This document shows positions 9,701 to 18,590 of a stretch of DNA of 64,000 nt, in pieces. The notes beneath the pieces are model-generated. The model did no database searches. It was not told where the DNA came from and worked only from the letters and a program-made list of their open reading frames with translations. Positions within the stretch are counted from its first letter, which is position 1, and every line of letters starts with the position of its first letter. Both the position numbers and the translations under genes were made by a program. The stretch is from Desulfobacterales bacterium (GTDB lineage Bacteria > Desulfobacterota > Desulfobacteria > Desulfobacterales > UBA5852). The DNA lies in assembly GCA_963674755.2 (NCBI GenBank), contig CAXXVS010000003.1, positions 544,001 to 608,000 on the forward strand, written 5' to 3'.

Positions 9701-10789
9701 TCAATGGTCGGCCAATTCATTGCCCAAATCCAAAGCCACCGGTTGCCCGCTGGCGCCGGAATCCAAGACGGCACGGATCACCGTAAGGGTGCGCAGCGCG
9801 TCCTCGCCGCTGGTGCGAGGGGCTTTCTCCCCCAGGATAACAGCACAAAAATGCTCGATCTGACGCTCCAGAGGGTCTTGTCCATGCACGGAAATTTCCG
9901 TTGTTTCCAGCGGCTCCAGCCAGCCTGCGGCGGATGGCGATGGGTAATGGACGAGTTTCATGCTCGGAAAAGCGAGGGTGCCTTCGGTGCCGAAGAACAG
10001 ATAGCAGTCCTCGTGAGTGCGAAAATAATCCGGGTTTTCACCGGTGGTGGCTTCGTAGGACCAGCCAGAGGGCACACAGTCGGAGGTTACGATTGTTCCT
10101 AACGCCCCGCTGCGGAATCGCAGGGTCGCACAGGCCGTGTCTTCCACCTCAAAACCCCGTGCAGCCGAACTTACCTCGGCATATACGTTTTGGATTTCAC
10201 CGCAGATGTAGCGCAGGTTGTCCACCTCGTGGATCATGTTGATCAGCACGGGACCGCCGCCGGGTTTTCGGCGCCATTGGACGTCGAAATAGTCAGTGGG
10301 TTTAAGCAGGGTCCACAGGACGGAAACGGCTACCAACCGGCCGATTTTACCGGACCGGACGACCTCCCGGGCGGCTTCCACCAAGGGGTTGAAGCGTCGG
10401 TGATGCCCCACCAGAAGGTGGATTGGCTGTCGTTTGGCACAGTCGATCAAGTCGCGGGCCGCCTGAACATCCGAGGCGATGGGCTTTTCCACCAGGAGGT
10501 GCAGTCCCTGTTCGGCGCAGTCGATCCCTACCGAGACATGGCGTTCCGTAGGGGTGGCAATGATGACCCCGTCGAGCTGTTTAGCGGCGAGCATGTCCGG
10601 GTAGTCTTGGTAAAAATCGACGGATAGTGCTTCCGCCAATTGTCGTGCCGCCGGATTCGGGTCGGCGATGCCCACTAGATGGCATCCCGGCATCCCGGCG
10701 GCGATGGCGGCATGTTTAGCGCCGACTAAACCGACGCCGATGACGCCTAATCGAACAAGACGGTGGCTTTCTTTCTGAGGCGTATTCAT
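9701..10789 (-). CDS. Gfo/Idh/MocA-family NAD(P) oxidoreductase
   Basis: GVIGVGLVG, EKP, GHHRRF, GGG...IHEVD. Confidence 0.92.
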   Translation of the reverse strand: MNTPQKESHRLVRLGVIGVGLVGAKHAAIAAGMPGCHLVGIADPNPAARQLAEALSVDFYQDYPDMLAAKQLDGVIIATPTERHVSVGIDCAEQGLHLLVEKPIASDVQAARDLIDCAKRQPIHLLVGHHRRFNPLVEAAREVVRSGKIGRLVAVSVLWTLLKPTDYFDVQWRRKPGGGPVLINMIHEVDNLRYICGEIQNVYAEVSSAARGFEVEDTACATLRFRSGALGTIVTSDCVPSGWSYEATTGENPDYFRTHEDCYLFFGTEGTLAFPSMKLVHYPSPSAAGWLEPLETTEISVHGQDPLERQIEHFCAVILGEKAPRTSGEDALRTLTVIRAVLDSGASGQPVALDLGNELADH

Positions 10790-10891
10790 CAGTTGGCGCT
10801 GTCCCCTTGCGGTTGCACCATATACATATGTTGCAGCTCCTTGTGTTGGTGCTGCGGCGTAGCCTTATCAGGCCCGAGAAGGTTTGGAGCG

Positions 10892-12298
10892 CTAAAACGT
10901 CTCCGAATTGTAAAATTCGCCAAACAGTTCTTCATCCGAAGGCCGATCTTCCGGGATGGGCCGTGCCACCCAGGTGTAATTCAAGTAGTGCTTCAGGTTG
11001 ATGTTCTCGTTGGTGATGTTGCCGGCCCACACGCCGCAACCCATGCTGGACGTCATGGGCATGCCGTTGTTGAACGCGCCCGCATTGGCCTTGGACTGGG
11101 GCTGGCGCACCATCATGCGGCTGACCGGGGCGACCATGGCCAGACGGTGAATATGGTTGTCATCGAAGGAATAAATGCCGCAGGAGTGCCCCTTACCCTG
11201 CACGTCGTAGATCTGCTTGATCATTTCCAGGGCAGTGTCGAAGCCGCTGTATTTGAAGATCGACAGCAGGGTGCCCAGCTTTTCAGTGGAGAAGAGATGT
11301 TCGCGGCCGATTTTGTTTTCTTGGACGATGATGAATTTGCGGTCCTCCGGAATCGTAAAACCGGCCTTCCCGGCAATTCTCTGAGGCGGGCAGGCAATCG
11401 TGTCAAACGTCCGATGTCCCTCGGCATCCCAATAGACGGCCTGGATTTTGACTTTTTCTTCGTCAGACGCCAGGTAGCCGCCTTCTCTCTGAAGCTGGGC
11501 CAAAAATGGGTCGTAAATGCCGGCTTCCACCAGCAGGTTGCCGTCCGCCGAGCAACCGGAGCCGAAATCGGAGGTTTTGCTGAGCATGGTGTTGCGGGCG
11601 GCCTCTTCGATATCGGCGGTTTCGTCGATCACCATGGTGGAGTTGCCCTGGCCGGCGGCATAGGCGGGCTTACCGGATTGGTGGGCGGATTTGGCCATGG
11701 CCGGGCCGCCCGTGGCGATAGTAAGGTCGCAGATTGCCATGATCTCCTGAGCCAGGGGAATACTGGGTTTCTCGACGCAAACGTAGAGATCCTCGGGGAA
11801 ACCAATTTTCTGCAGGGCCGTCCGCATCACCTTCACGGTCTCGAAGGAGGTCTTCTTGGCGCGCGGATGCGGAGAGAATATCACGGCGTTCTTGGCCTTG
11901 AGGGCATAGATCCCCATTCCCGGAGGGGTCAGGGCCGGGTTGGTGGTGGGCACCAGGCCGGCGACGACTCCCACCGGCTTGGCGTATTTGACTAGACCTT
12001 TTTCCGGAATTTCCTCGACGATCCCCATGCTTTTCTGTCGCAGGGCGTCGCGCAGGATGCCCATGATCTTGAAGCGCTTATTGGGGCGTCCCGCCCGGTC
12101 GCCCAGTCCGCTTTCATCCACACCCATCTGGGCCAGGCGGGTAAAGGTTTTTTCGTTGGCCGTGGCCCATCCCACGGCCTGAATGGCCCTGTCGATGGCG
12201 GCCTGATCGTATTCTTGGATTAATTTTTGAGCGGTCCGCGCTCTGGCCAGCAACTCCTGCGCATATTGCTTTTCTTCTTCTGTAATGGGTCTTGCCAA
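10892..12298 (-). CDS. CoA-acylating aldehyde dehydrogenase (SauS/EutE-like)
   Basis: PVGVV..LVPTTNP, SPHP, ATGG, SKTSDFGSGCS catalytic Cys, EKL, GHS; TTG start after AAGGAGG. Confidence 0.88.
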   Translation of the reverse strand: MARPITEEEKQYAQELLARARTAQKLIQEYDQAAIDRAIQAVGWATANEKTFTRLAQMGVDESGLGDRAGRPNKRFKIMGILRDALRQKSMGIVEEIPEKGLVKYAKPVGVVAGLVPTTNPALTPPGMGIYALKAKNAVIFSPHPRAKKTSFETVKVMRTALQKIGFPEDLYVCVEKPSIPLAQEIMAICDLTIATGGPAMAKSAHQSGKPAYAAGQGNSTMVIDETADIEEAARNTMLSKTSDFGSGCSADGNLLVEAGIYDPFLAQLQREGGYLASDEEKVKIQAVYWDAEGHRTFDTIACPPQRIAGKAGFTIPEDRKFIIVQENKIGREHLFSTEKLGTLLSIFKYSGFDTALEMIKQIYDVQGKGHSCGIYSFDDNHIHRLAMVAPVSRMMVRQPQSKANAGAFNNGMPMTSSMGCGVWAGNITNENINLKHYLNYTWVARPIPEDRPSDEELFGEFYNSETF

Positions 12299-12410
12299 TG
12301 CAACCTCCTTGCCGGTATGACGATTTCACTTCTTTAAATTTTTTGATTGTTCAAAGGGCTGCTTTTTTGCAAAATTTAAGCGACCCGTAAACCTATCCTT
12401 AAGATTTGGC

Positions 12411-13916
12411 CTATTTACTACTGAGACGGTTTTTACGGTTCTTCCATACAGGTGTCTGACTGATCAGCATCCAGATCACCGCGAGGGTCAGAATCAGTGA
12501 AATGGGATTGGTAAACAGTTCTTGGACCGTCAAGCCGATGTCATTGCGGCACGACATCAATGCCCGACGATAAGAGACGTCCATGAGGGGCCCCAGGATT
12601 ACGCCCAGAATGACCGGGCCTACCTGGAAGCCGTACAACTTTAGAAAATATCCGAAGATACCGAAACCCAGCATCCAATAGACGTCGACGATGTTGTTCT
12701 GGATAGTGTAGGTGCCAACTACCGAAAGAACGATAATGATGGGAATGAGGATGCCCTTGGGCAGCTCGACCATCTTGGCAAAGATCCGTATGCCGGTAAG
12801 ACCGAAGATCAGGAGAAATATGTTGGCCAAGGCCAGGTTGCCCACCGTGAACCAGAAGAGGTGCGGCGTATCGATCATCAGCATCGGGCCGGGTTTGAGA
12901 CCGTGGATGAACAACGCGCCAATTATAACGGCCGTCACGGCGTCTCCAGGTATTCCCAGCGTGAGCATGGGGATGTAGGCGCCCCCGATGGCGGCGTTGT
13001 TAGCCGATTCCGGTGCGATCAGACCTTCGTAAGCCCCCTTGCCGAATGGGCGGGATGGTTTTTTCACCGAGCGCCGCGCATGGTCATAGGCCAGCAGTGA
13101 TGCGATGTCGCCACCCGTGCCCGGCAAGGCTCCGATCAGTACGCCGATGAATGATGTCCGGATGGCAAGCGGGAGATATTTCAGGATCACCGACCATGAC
13201 GGCAGGATTTTGGAGACATCCTGTTTGACGGGTTTCAGATCGATCTGATGAATCTGGACCAGAGCTTCGGCAACGCCGAACAGGCCGATCATGGCAATCA
13301 CGAAGTGAACGCCGCCCAAAAGGGCGATCGTGCCGAAAGTAAACCGCCCTTCCGCCGTGAGGGGATCCATTCCCACCAGCCCCACGATGACGCCGAAGGC
13401 GCCGGCGAAGATCCCCTTGGCCATGGATTCGCCTGACAGACTGCCGACCAGGAGCAGTCCCATGACGGCAAGTAGCAGATAGTCCCGGGGGGCAAACTTG
13501 AGGGCCATGTCGGCCACCCAGGGGGCGGCCAGCGCCAGCACGGCGACGCCGATAAATCCACCCACTACAGAAATGACAGTGCTGACGCCGATCGCCCGGC
13601 CCGCTTCTCCCAATTGGGCCAGGGGAAATCCGTCAAAACTCGTGGCGATGGCCGCCGGGGCGCCGGGGATGTTCAGGAGAATGGCAGTTCGCGAACCACC
13701 GTAGACCCCACCGCAGTAGACACCCACCATCAAGGCCAGGGCGTTGTTCACCTCCCATGAAAAGGTGAAGGAGATCAGAATCGAGACCGCCATGGTGACG
13801 GACAGGCCAGGAATGGCTCCGATGTAGATGCCGGCCAGGGTCCCCGCGGCCGTCAATGCCATCAGGGACGGATCGAACCAGCCCATGAAGAAGTATGAAA
13901 ATACCGATTCAGTCAA
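12411..13916 (-). CDS. tctA: Tripartite tricarboxylate transporter large permease
   Basis: GAIPGLS, NIPG, PESANNA, LTLGIPG; TTG start. Confidence 0.93.
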   Translation of the reverse strand: MTESVFSYFFMGWFDPSLMALTAAGTLAGIYIGAIPGLSVTMAVSILISFTFSWEVNNALALMVGVYCGGVYGGSRTAILLNIPGAPAAIATSFDGFPLAQLGEAGRAIGVSTVISVVGGFIGVAVLALAAPWVADMALKFAPRDYLLLAVMGLLLVGSLSGESMAKGIFAGAFGVIVGLVGMDPLTAEGRFTFGTIALLGGVHFVIAMIGLFGVAEALVQIHQIDLKPVKQDVSKILPSWSVILKYLPLAIRTSFIGVLIGALPGTGGDIASLLAYDHARRSVKKPSRPFGKGAYEGLIAPESANNAAIGGAYIPMLTLGIPGDAVTAVIIGALFIHGLKPGPMLMIDTPHLFWFTVGNLALANIFLLIFGLTGIRIFAKMVELPKGILIPIIIVLSVVGTYTIQNNIVDVYWMLGFGIFGYFLKLYGFQVGPVILGVILGPLMDVSYRRALMSCRNDIGLTVQELFTNPISLILTLAVIWMLISQTPVWKNRKNRLSSK

Positions 13917-13940
13917 AGCGACACCTCGGTGTTAAAACGT

Positions 13941-14411
13941 TCAGGGCATGATCACTCTGAAGAAGTACTGGAAAATGACGTAGATACAGACCAGTGTGCC
14001 CGCACTGATCAGCAAGGACTTGACCCAGCCGGTTCCCCGGAGGACCACCATCGACACCGCCATGAAAACAAAGGAACTGGGAAGGAAATGGAGCGGCTGG
14101 AGAACGATCATGTAGCCGATGACGATGCCTGTGTAGATGACGAATTCTTTTGGAAAGATTGCTTTTACGGCAATTTTCATCTCGTCTCTAAAGTTTTGCG
14201 CGTCGGGTTTTTCCAGTTTTCGATTGCCCAGCAGGGTAAGTCCCGCAGAGATCACCATGACCGCCCCGGCGGCCATCGGAAAAGCCCCCGGCGAACTGAT
14301 GGATGAAAAACCCGCTATCCGATAGGCCAGAATGAGGATAAACAGACTGAAGGCCATCATCAGGTAAACAAAGACATTTTCTCCAGGGCGGAGTTTTCTG
14401 GTTTTTTTCAT
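13941..14411 (-). CDS. tctB: Tripartite tricarboxylate transporter small subunit
   Basis: 4 TM, PGAFP motif, between tctC and tctA. Confidence 0.85.
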   Translation of the reverse strand: MKKTRKLRPGENVFVYLMMAFSLFILILAYRIAGFSSISSPGAFPMAAGAVMVISAGLTLLGNRKLEKPDAQNFRDEMKIAVKAIFPKEFVIYTGIVIGYMIVLQPLHFLPSSFVFMAVSMVVLRGTGWVKSLLISAGTLVCIYVIFQYFFRVIMP

Positions 14412-14472
14412 GGCCACCCCACGTTATGGCCGGCGGCCCCGGTCGCAGCAGGGGCCGTTGCCGGCTTTGGGT

Positions 14473-15471
14473 TTACGGTTTGGGGATGCCCAGTACCTCG
14501 GGGGAAACCTTGGTAGATCCGGCATCGAAGAGCAGCCAGGTACTGACCGACTGCCATTTCTTAAGGAAAGCGTCGGCCTCGTCGCCGTTGATGTTCATCA
14601 TGACGGCACCGAAATCAGAGACGAACGTCTGAAATTTAGGCTCTGCCGCGCCTTTATGGAAGGCCTCGACCAGTTTCTGCTTGGCGGCCTCGGGCACGTC
14701 CCGTTTGCACCAGATTCCATAAAACGGGCCCCAGGGAAGATACTTGTCGAATTCGGGATAGTCCTGGGTGATGAGGGGCAGGTTTTCGAGCCCGGGGATG
14801 GGGGTATTAGAAACCACGGCCAAGACCTTGACCCGGCCGGCCCGAATTTGTTCGCGCACGGCCGTGAGACCGGCCGGCATGATGTCCACATGGCCGCCCA
14901 TAAGGGCCGTTACACCGGGGCCCTCGCCGTCAAAGGGCACCCGAATGACGTCGAAGCCCGTGACGGCCTGAATCATGGCGCCCACCGTGTAGGGGAGCCC
15001 CCCGGGACCGGTGGACCCCATCTTGATCTGACCCGGGCGCTTCTTGGCATCTTCGATCAGCTCTTTGAAGGAGTTCCACGGGGTGTCGTTGTTGGCGACG
15101 ATAACGCCGACGCCGCGGGCCAGAATATTGACCGGGTAGAAATCCTTGTAGTCCAGTTTGGAGAGTTTGAGCACGCCGTGGAGCTGGGGGTTTTCAGCGC
15201 CGTAGAGCAGAGTGTAACCGTCCGACGGGCGGCTGTAGACGTATTGGGTGGAAATGGCGCCCGTCCCGCCCGGCTTGTTGATCAACACGATCTGCTTACC
15301 GAGATACGGCTCTACGAGCGGTGTGATGGCGCGGGCAACATTATCCGTGGCGCCGCCTGCGCCCCACATGATTATCCCCTGCAGATCTCTGTCGGGGTAG
15401 TCGGCCGCAAAGGCGATTCCCAAACAGCAGACGGCCAGAACCATCGACACTAAAAGCAATCGTTTCATCAT
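14473..15471 (-). CDS. tctC: Tripartite tricarboxylate transporter substrate-binding protein (Bug/TctC)
   Basis: Signal peptide; YP...GAGGATD..AR, NKPGG.G, DGYTLL. Confidence 0.92.
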   Translation of the reverse strand: MMKRLLLVSMVLAVCCLGIAFAADYPDRDLQGIIMWGAGGATDNVARAITPLVEPYLGKQIVLINKPGGTGAISTQYVYSRPSDGYTLLYGAENPQLHGVLKLSKLDYKDFYPVNILARGVGVIVANNDTPWNSFKELIEDAKKRPGQIKMGSTGPGGLPYTVGAMIQAVTGFDVIRVPFDGEGPGVTALMGGHVDIMPAGLTAVREQIRAGRVKVLAVVSNTPIPGLENLPLITQDYPEFDKYLPWGPFYGIWCKRDVPEAAKQKLVEAFHKGAAEPKFQTFVSDFGAVMMNINGDEADAFLKKWQSVSTWLLFDAGSTKVSPEVLGIPKP

Positions 15472-15713
15472 TCATCCTCCTATGTTTGGGTTTTGGGGTA
15501 TCGGTCTTGCCGAACGATATTGATGCCGAACAGATGTTTTGCTCGCCTATGCGCGCCTGGTTTCTGGGACTCAGAGAAGAATGGTGACCCAACAGGCAGG
15601 CGCCCCTTGTGCAGCATAACGGCTGGAAGGACCTATTGGAATGTCGCCCGAAGGCGACCCGCCGCATGCCGCCTCCGCAAGTCATTTGCTTTCGAATTCA
15701 GTCCAAAAAAGAC

Positions 15714-15742
15714 TTGCATCGTGCCATATGGGATGATATTCT
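15714..15742 (+). promoter_or_regulatory. Putative sigma70 promoter for lyase-iclR-aroD-aroE
   Basis: TTGCAT-17 nt-TATTCT. Confidence 0.55.
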
Positions 15743-15773
15743 AACTAGTAGAATAACCTTCTGCTCCGCAGAA
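15739..15773. promoter_or_regulatory. Two tandem 15-bp palindromes, candidate IclR operators
   Basis: TTCTAACTAGTAGAA (15739-15753) and TTCTGCTCCGCAGAA (15759-15773), both TTCT-N7-AGAA, 20 bp apart. Confidence 0.65.
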
Positions 15774-15798
15774 TATACAGATGGGAAACCCCTGTCAA
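15770..15798 (-). promoter_or_regulatory. Putative sigma70 promoter for the tctC-led catabolic operon
   Basis: TTGACA-17 nt-TATTCT on the minus strand. Confidence 0.7.
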
Positions 15799-15930
15799 GT
15801 TCTTTTCATATGCCTTTTCAGATTGTGCCGGAAAAACCACCGGGCATGAGGATACTCCGGATCAACGGTTTGCAGGCCCAGCCCGCGGCGACTCCAAGGG
15901 CCTGCAACAGATAATATGGAGGAAACGCAA

Positions 15931-16851
15931 ATGGGCATGGATGGATCAAGCATGAATTTGCTTATCGAGGATGAAGCGCTTCGGGACGGGCTTCAGATGG
16001 AGGCGCGCATCTTCAGTCTGGATGAGAAACGGCAGATTTTTCATATGCTTCATGAGGCCGGTGTCCATCGCATACAGGTAGGGTCTTTCGTTCACCCGAA
16101 AATCGTACCCCAGATGGCGGATACCGATGCTTTCATCAAGGCCATCCCGGAAACAGAACGACACCTGATCTCTGCCTTGATCCTGAACGAAAAGGGGTTG
16201 GAACGTGCCCTGGCCAGCGGTGTGGGCCATGTGAGCATGTCCGTTTCGGTGAGCGATACCCACAGCCGCAAGAATGCCCGCCGTCCGGCCGCGGAGGCCC
16301 TCGAAGCCATGACGGGTCTCATCCGCACAGCATTGTCCGAGGGGCTCGATGTCCGTGCGGGTCTGCAGTGCGTCTTCGGGTGTGTGTATGAGGGCGCCAT
16401 TGAGGAGGATGCGGTCTTGAAGGCTACCGAAAAGATGGTGCAGACCGGAGCCCGGGAAATCAATCTGGCCGACACCACGGGGATGGCCAACCCCCTGGCC
16501 ATCCGAAACATGGTCCAAAAGGTCCATGAGGCCTTTCCCGATATTCTGATTTCCCTGCATCTGCACGATACCCGGGGGCTTGCCTTGGCCAACATGTTTG
16601 CCGGCTATGAGGCCGGCATCCGCATCTTCGACACCTGCACCGGAGGCCTGGGCGGCTGCCCCTTTGTCAAGGGGGCAGCCGGCAACATCCCCACCGAGGA
16701 TGCCGTTCACATGTTCGAGAGCATGGGGATACCGACCGGCATCGCCATTGAAAAGCTGTGCGACGCCGTGGCATATCTCGAAAACAAGTTGGCGCGTCAA
16801 CTGCCCGGACGCATGAAAAGGGTATTGGACCACCGGAGGAGCTGTGAATAG
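15931..16851 (+). CDS. HMG-CoA lyase-like DRE-TIM acyl-CoA lyase
   Basis: RDGLQ, LADTTG, HLHDTRG, GLGGCPF, GNIPTED; GGAGG 8 nt before ATG 15931. Confidence 0.9.
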   Translation: MGMDGSSMNLLIEDEALRDGLQMEARIFSLDEKRQIFHMLHEAGVHRIQVGSFVHPKIVPQMADTDAFIKAIPETERHLISALILNEKGLERALASGVGHVSMSVSVSDTHSRKNARRPAAEALEAMTGLIRTALSEGLDVRAGLQCVFGCVYEGAIEEDAVLKATEKMVQTGAREINLADTTGMANPLAIRNMVQKVHEAFPDILISLHLHDTRGLALANMFAGYEAGIRIFDTCTGGLGGCPFVKGAAGNIPTEDAVHMFESMGIPTGIAIEKLCDAVAYLENKLARQLPGRMKRVLDHRRSCE

Positions 16852-17638
16852 TAATGGCCGCAAGCCCGTCAGGGAATCCGACCGACAAATCGACACCGTT
16901 GCCAAGGCGCTATGCCTTTTGGACTGCTTTACGGACGCCGAGCCCGAACTGACCCTCAAACAGCTCAGCGAAAAAACAGGGCTTTATAAAAGCCGCATTA
17001 TCCGGCTGGGTGGCACCCTTGCAGCCCACGGCTATCTCATTCGCACCCCCATGGCGACCTATAAGCTGGGTCCCAAGCTGATGACGCTGGGCAAGGTCTA
17101 TGAGCGCACCAATCCCCTCACGGCGATAGCCAGGCCTGTTATGAAAGCGCTTTCCGCGCTGACGGGTGAATCCACCAAACTCTTTGTGATCGAAGGCACC
17201 AAGCGGCTCTGTCTTGTCCGGGAGAGAGGCCCCTCACCGCTGCAATACGCCATCAACGAAGGTGAGGTCCAGGAACTCTATGCCGGAGCGGGCGGGAAGC
17301 TGCTGCTAGCCTTTGCTTCAGAACCATTCCAGATAGAAATCATCCAGCGCAAACGCAAAAAATTTACCGATCAAACGATTATCGACCCGGATGCGCTTCT
17401 AAAAGAGCTGAAAATTATAAGGCAGCAGGGGTATGCCTTCAGCAAAGGTGAACTCGTTTCAGAGGTGGCCGGTCTGGCGGCGCCGGTTTATGATTACGAA
17501 GGCCAGGTATGCGCCGCCTTGAACATCGCCGGACCCACGCAACGATTTGGCGCCGAACGCTGCAAAAAGATGCTGGCGCAGTTGCTTGATGCCGCCCAGC
17601 AGCTGTCGTTGCTGCTGGGCAACCGGGCGAGTGCGTGA
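16844..17638 (+). CDS. IclR-family transcriptional regulator
   Basis: N-terminal HTH, YKLGP, GA.GK.LLA, GLAAPV; GTG start overlaps the lyase stop. Confidence 0.93.
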   Translation: MNSNGRKPVRESDRQIDTVAKALCLLDCFTDAEPELTLKQLSEKTGLYKSRIIRLGGTLAAHGYLIRTPMATYKLGPKLMTLGKVYERTNPLTAIARPVMKALSALTGESTKLFVIEGTKRLCLVRERGPSPLQYAINEGEVQELYAGAGGKLLLAFASEPFQIEIIQRKRKKFTDQTIIDPDALLKELKIIRQQGYAFSKGELVSEVAGLAAPVYDYEGQVCAALNIAGPTQRFGAERCKKMLAQLLDAAQQLSLLLGNRASA

Positions 17639-17761
17639 GACCTATGCCGCTGCTGCAATGATTGTGGCCATCGGCTCTCACAAAATATTATAGACCCCAT
17701 CGGCATGACCCTGCACCATGGCGACCATCCCCCATCCGTTTCAACCAAAGGAGAATTAGGC

Positions 17762-18538
17762 ATGCGACTGCAAAGCAAGAAGACCTTGAAGATCCGAGAC
17801 AAGATTCTCGGCGGGCCTTTGCCCCTGATTTGTCTGCCTCTGGTGGCCACCGATCAGACAGCGCTTCTCGCGCAGGCGGAGGAAGTGTGTTCATTCGATC
17901 CGGATGTCATCGAGTGGCGGGTGGACAAGTTGGATACGGTTCTGGATACGGACGCGGTCTTAGCGGCCCTGGGTGCGCTTCGGGAATGCATCGGCAATAT
18001 TCCGATGATCTTTACCTGCCGGGTGATTCATGAGGGAGGGTTCCAGGAAATCGCGGCCGAAGACCGTCTTCTTCTTAACAAGGCCGTCATCGCGTCGGGC
18101 CAGATCGATCTGATTGACACGGAGATATCCAACGGCGAGGCCATGGTGGCCGAAATGAAAGCGGCCTGCCGGAAGGCCGGTTGCCCGTTGATTTTATCCT
18201 ATCACAATTTCGATGAAACCCCGGATGAGGCCTTCATTCTGGATCGCTTGGTCACAGCCGGCAAACTGGGAGCGGATGTCGCCAAGACGGCCGTCATGCC
18301 GAAAACGTATCGAGACGTGCTGACGCTCCTCAGCGCCACCTATACGGCGCGGACCGAACGGCTGGACATCCCCATCATCACCATGGCCATGGGGGAGGAA
18401 GGGGGCATCACGCGGATCGCCGGGGGGTTGTTCGGCTCCGACCTGACCTTTGCGCTGGGCAAAGCCAGCTCGGCCCCGGGGCAGATCCCCATTGCCGATT
18501 TGCGCAAGGCCTGGTCGGCTTTGCCCTTTAATCTCTAA
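17762..18538 (+). CDS. aroD: Type I 3-dehydroquinate dehydratase
   Basis: EWRVD, FTCR..EGG, SYHNF..TP, K.A.MP, MAMG..G..TR, APGQ. Confidence 0.93.
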   Translation: MRLQSKKTLKIRDKILGGPLPLICLPLVATDQTALLAQAEEVCSFDPDVIEWRVDKLDTVLDTDAVLAALGALRECIGNIPMIFTCRVIHEGGFQEIAAEDRLLLNKAVIASGQIDLIDTEISNGEAMVAEMKAACRKAGCPLILSYHNFDETPDEAFILDRLVTAGKLGADVAKTAVMPKTYRDVLTLLSATYTARTERLDIPIITMAMGEEGGITRIAGGLFGSDLTFALGKASSAPGQIPIADLRKAWSALPFNL

Positions 18539-18540
18539 GG

Positions 18541-18575
18541 GTCAATTCCCCGCCGCTTGCGGCGGGGTCGTTCAT
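18541..18575. repeat. Short GC hairpin resembling an IS200/IS605-end or REP-like element
   Basis: GTCAATT-CCCCGCCGC-TT-GCGGCGGGG-TCGTTCAT. Confidence 0.55.
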
Positions 18576-18590
18576 GAGAAAGGAAACACC

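Noticed and set aside
6606..12298. Sulfoacetaldehyde (Xsc/SauS) sulfonate pathway
   Set aside because: ALDH is SauS-like only at family level; no pta, sulfite exporter or taurine/isethionate genes. Not excluded, but poorly supported
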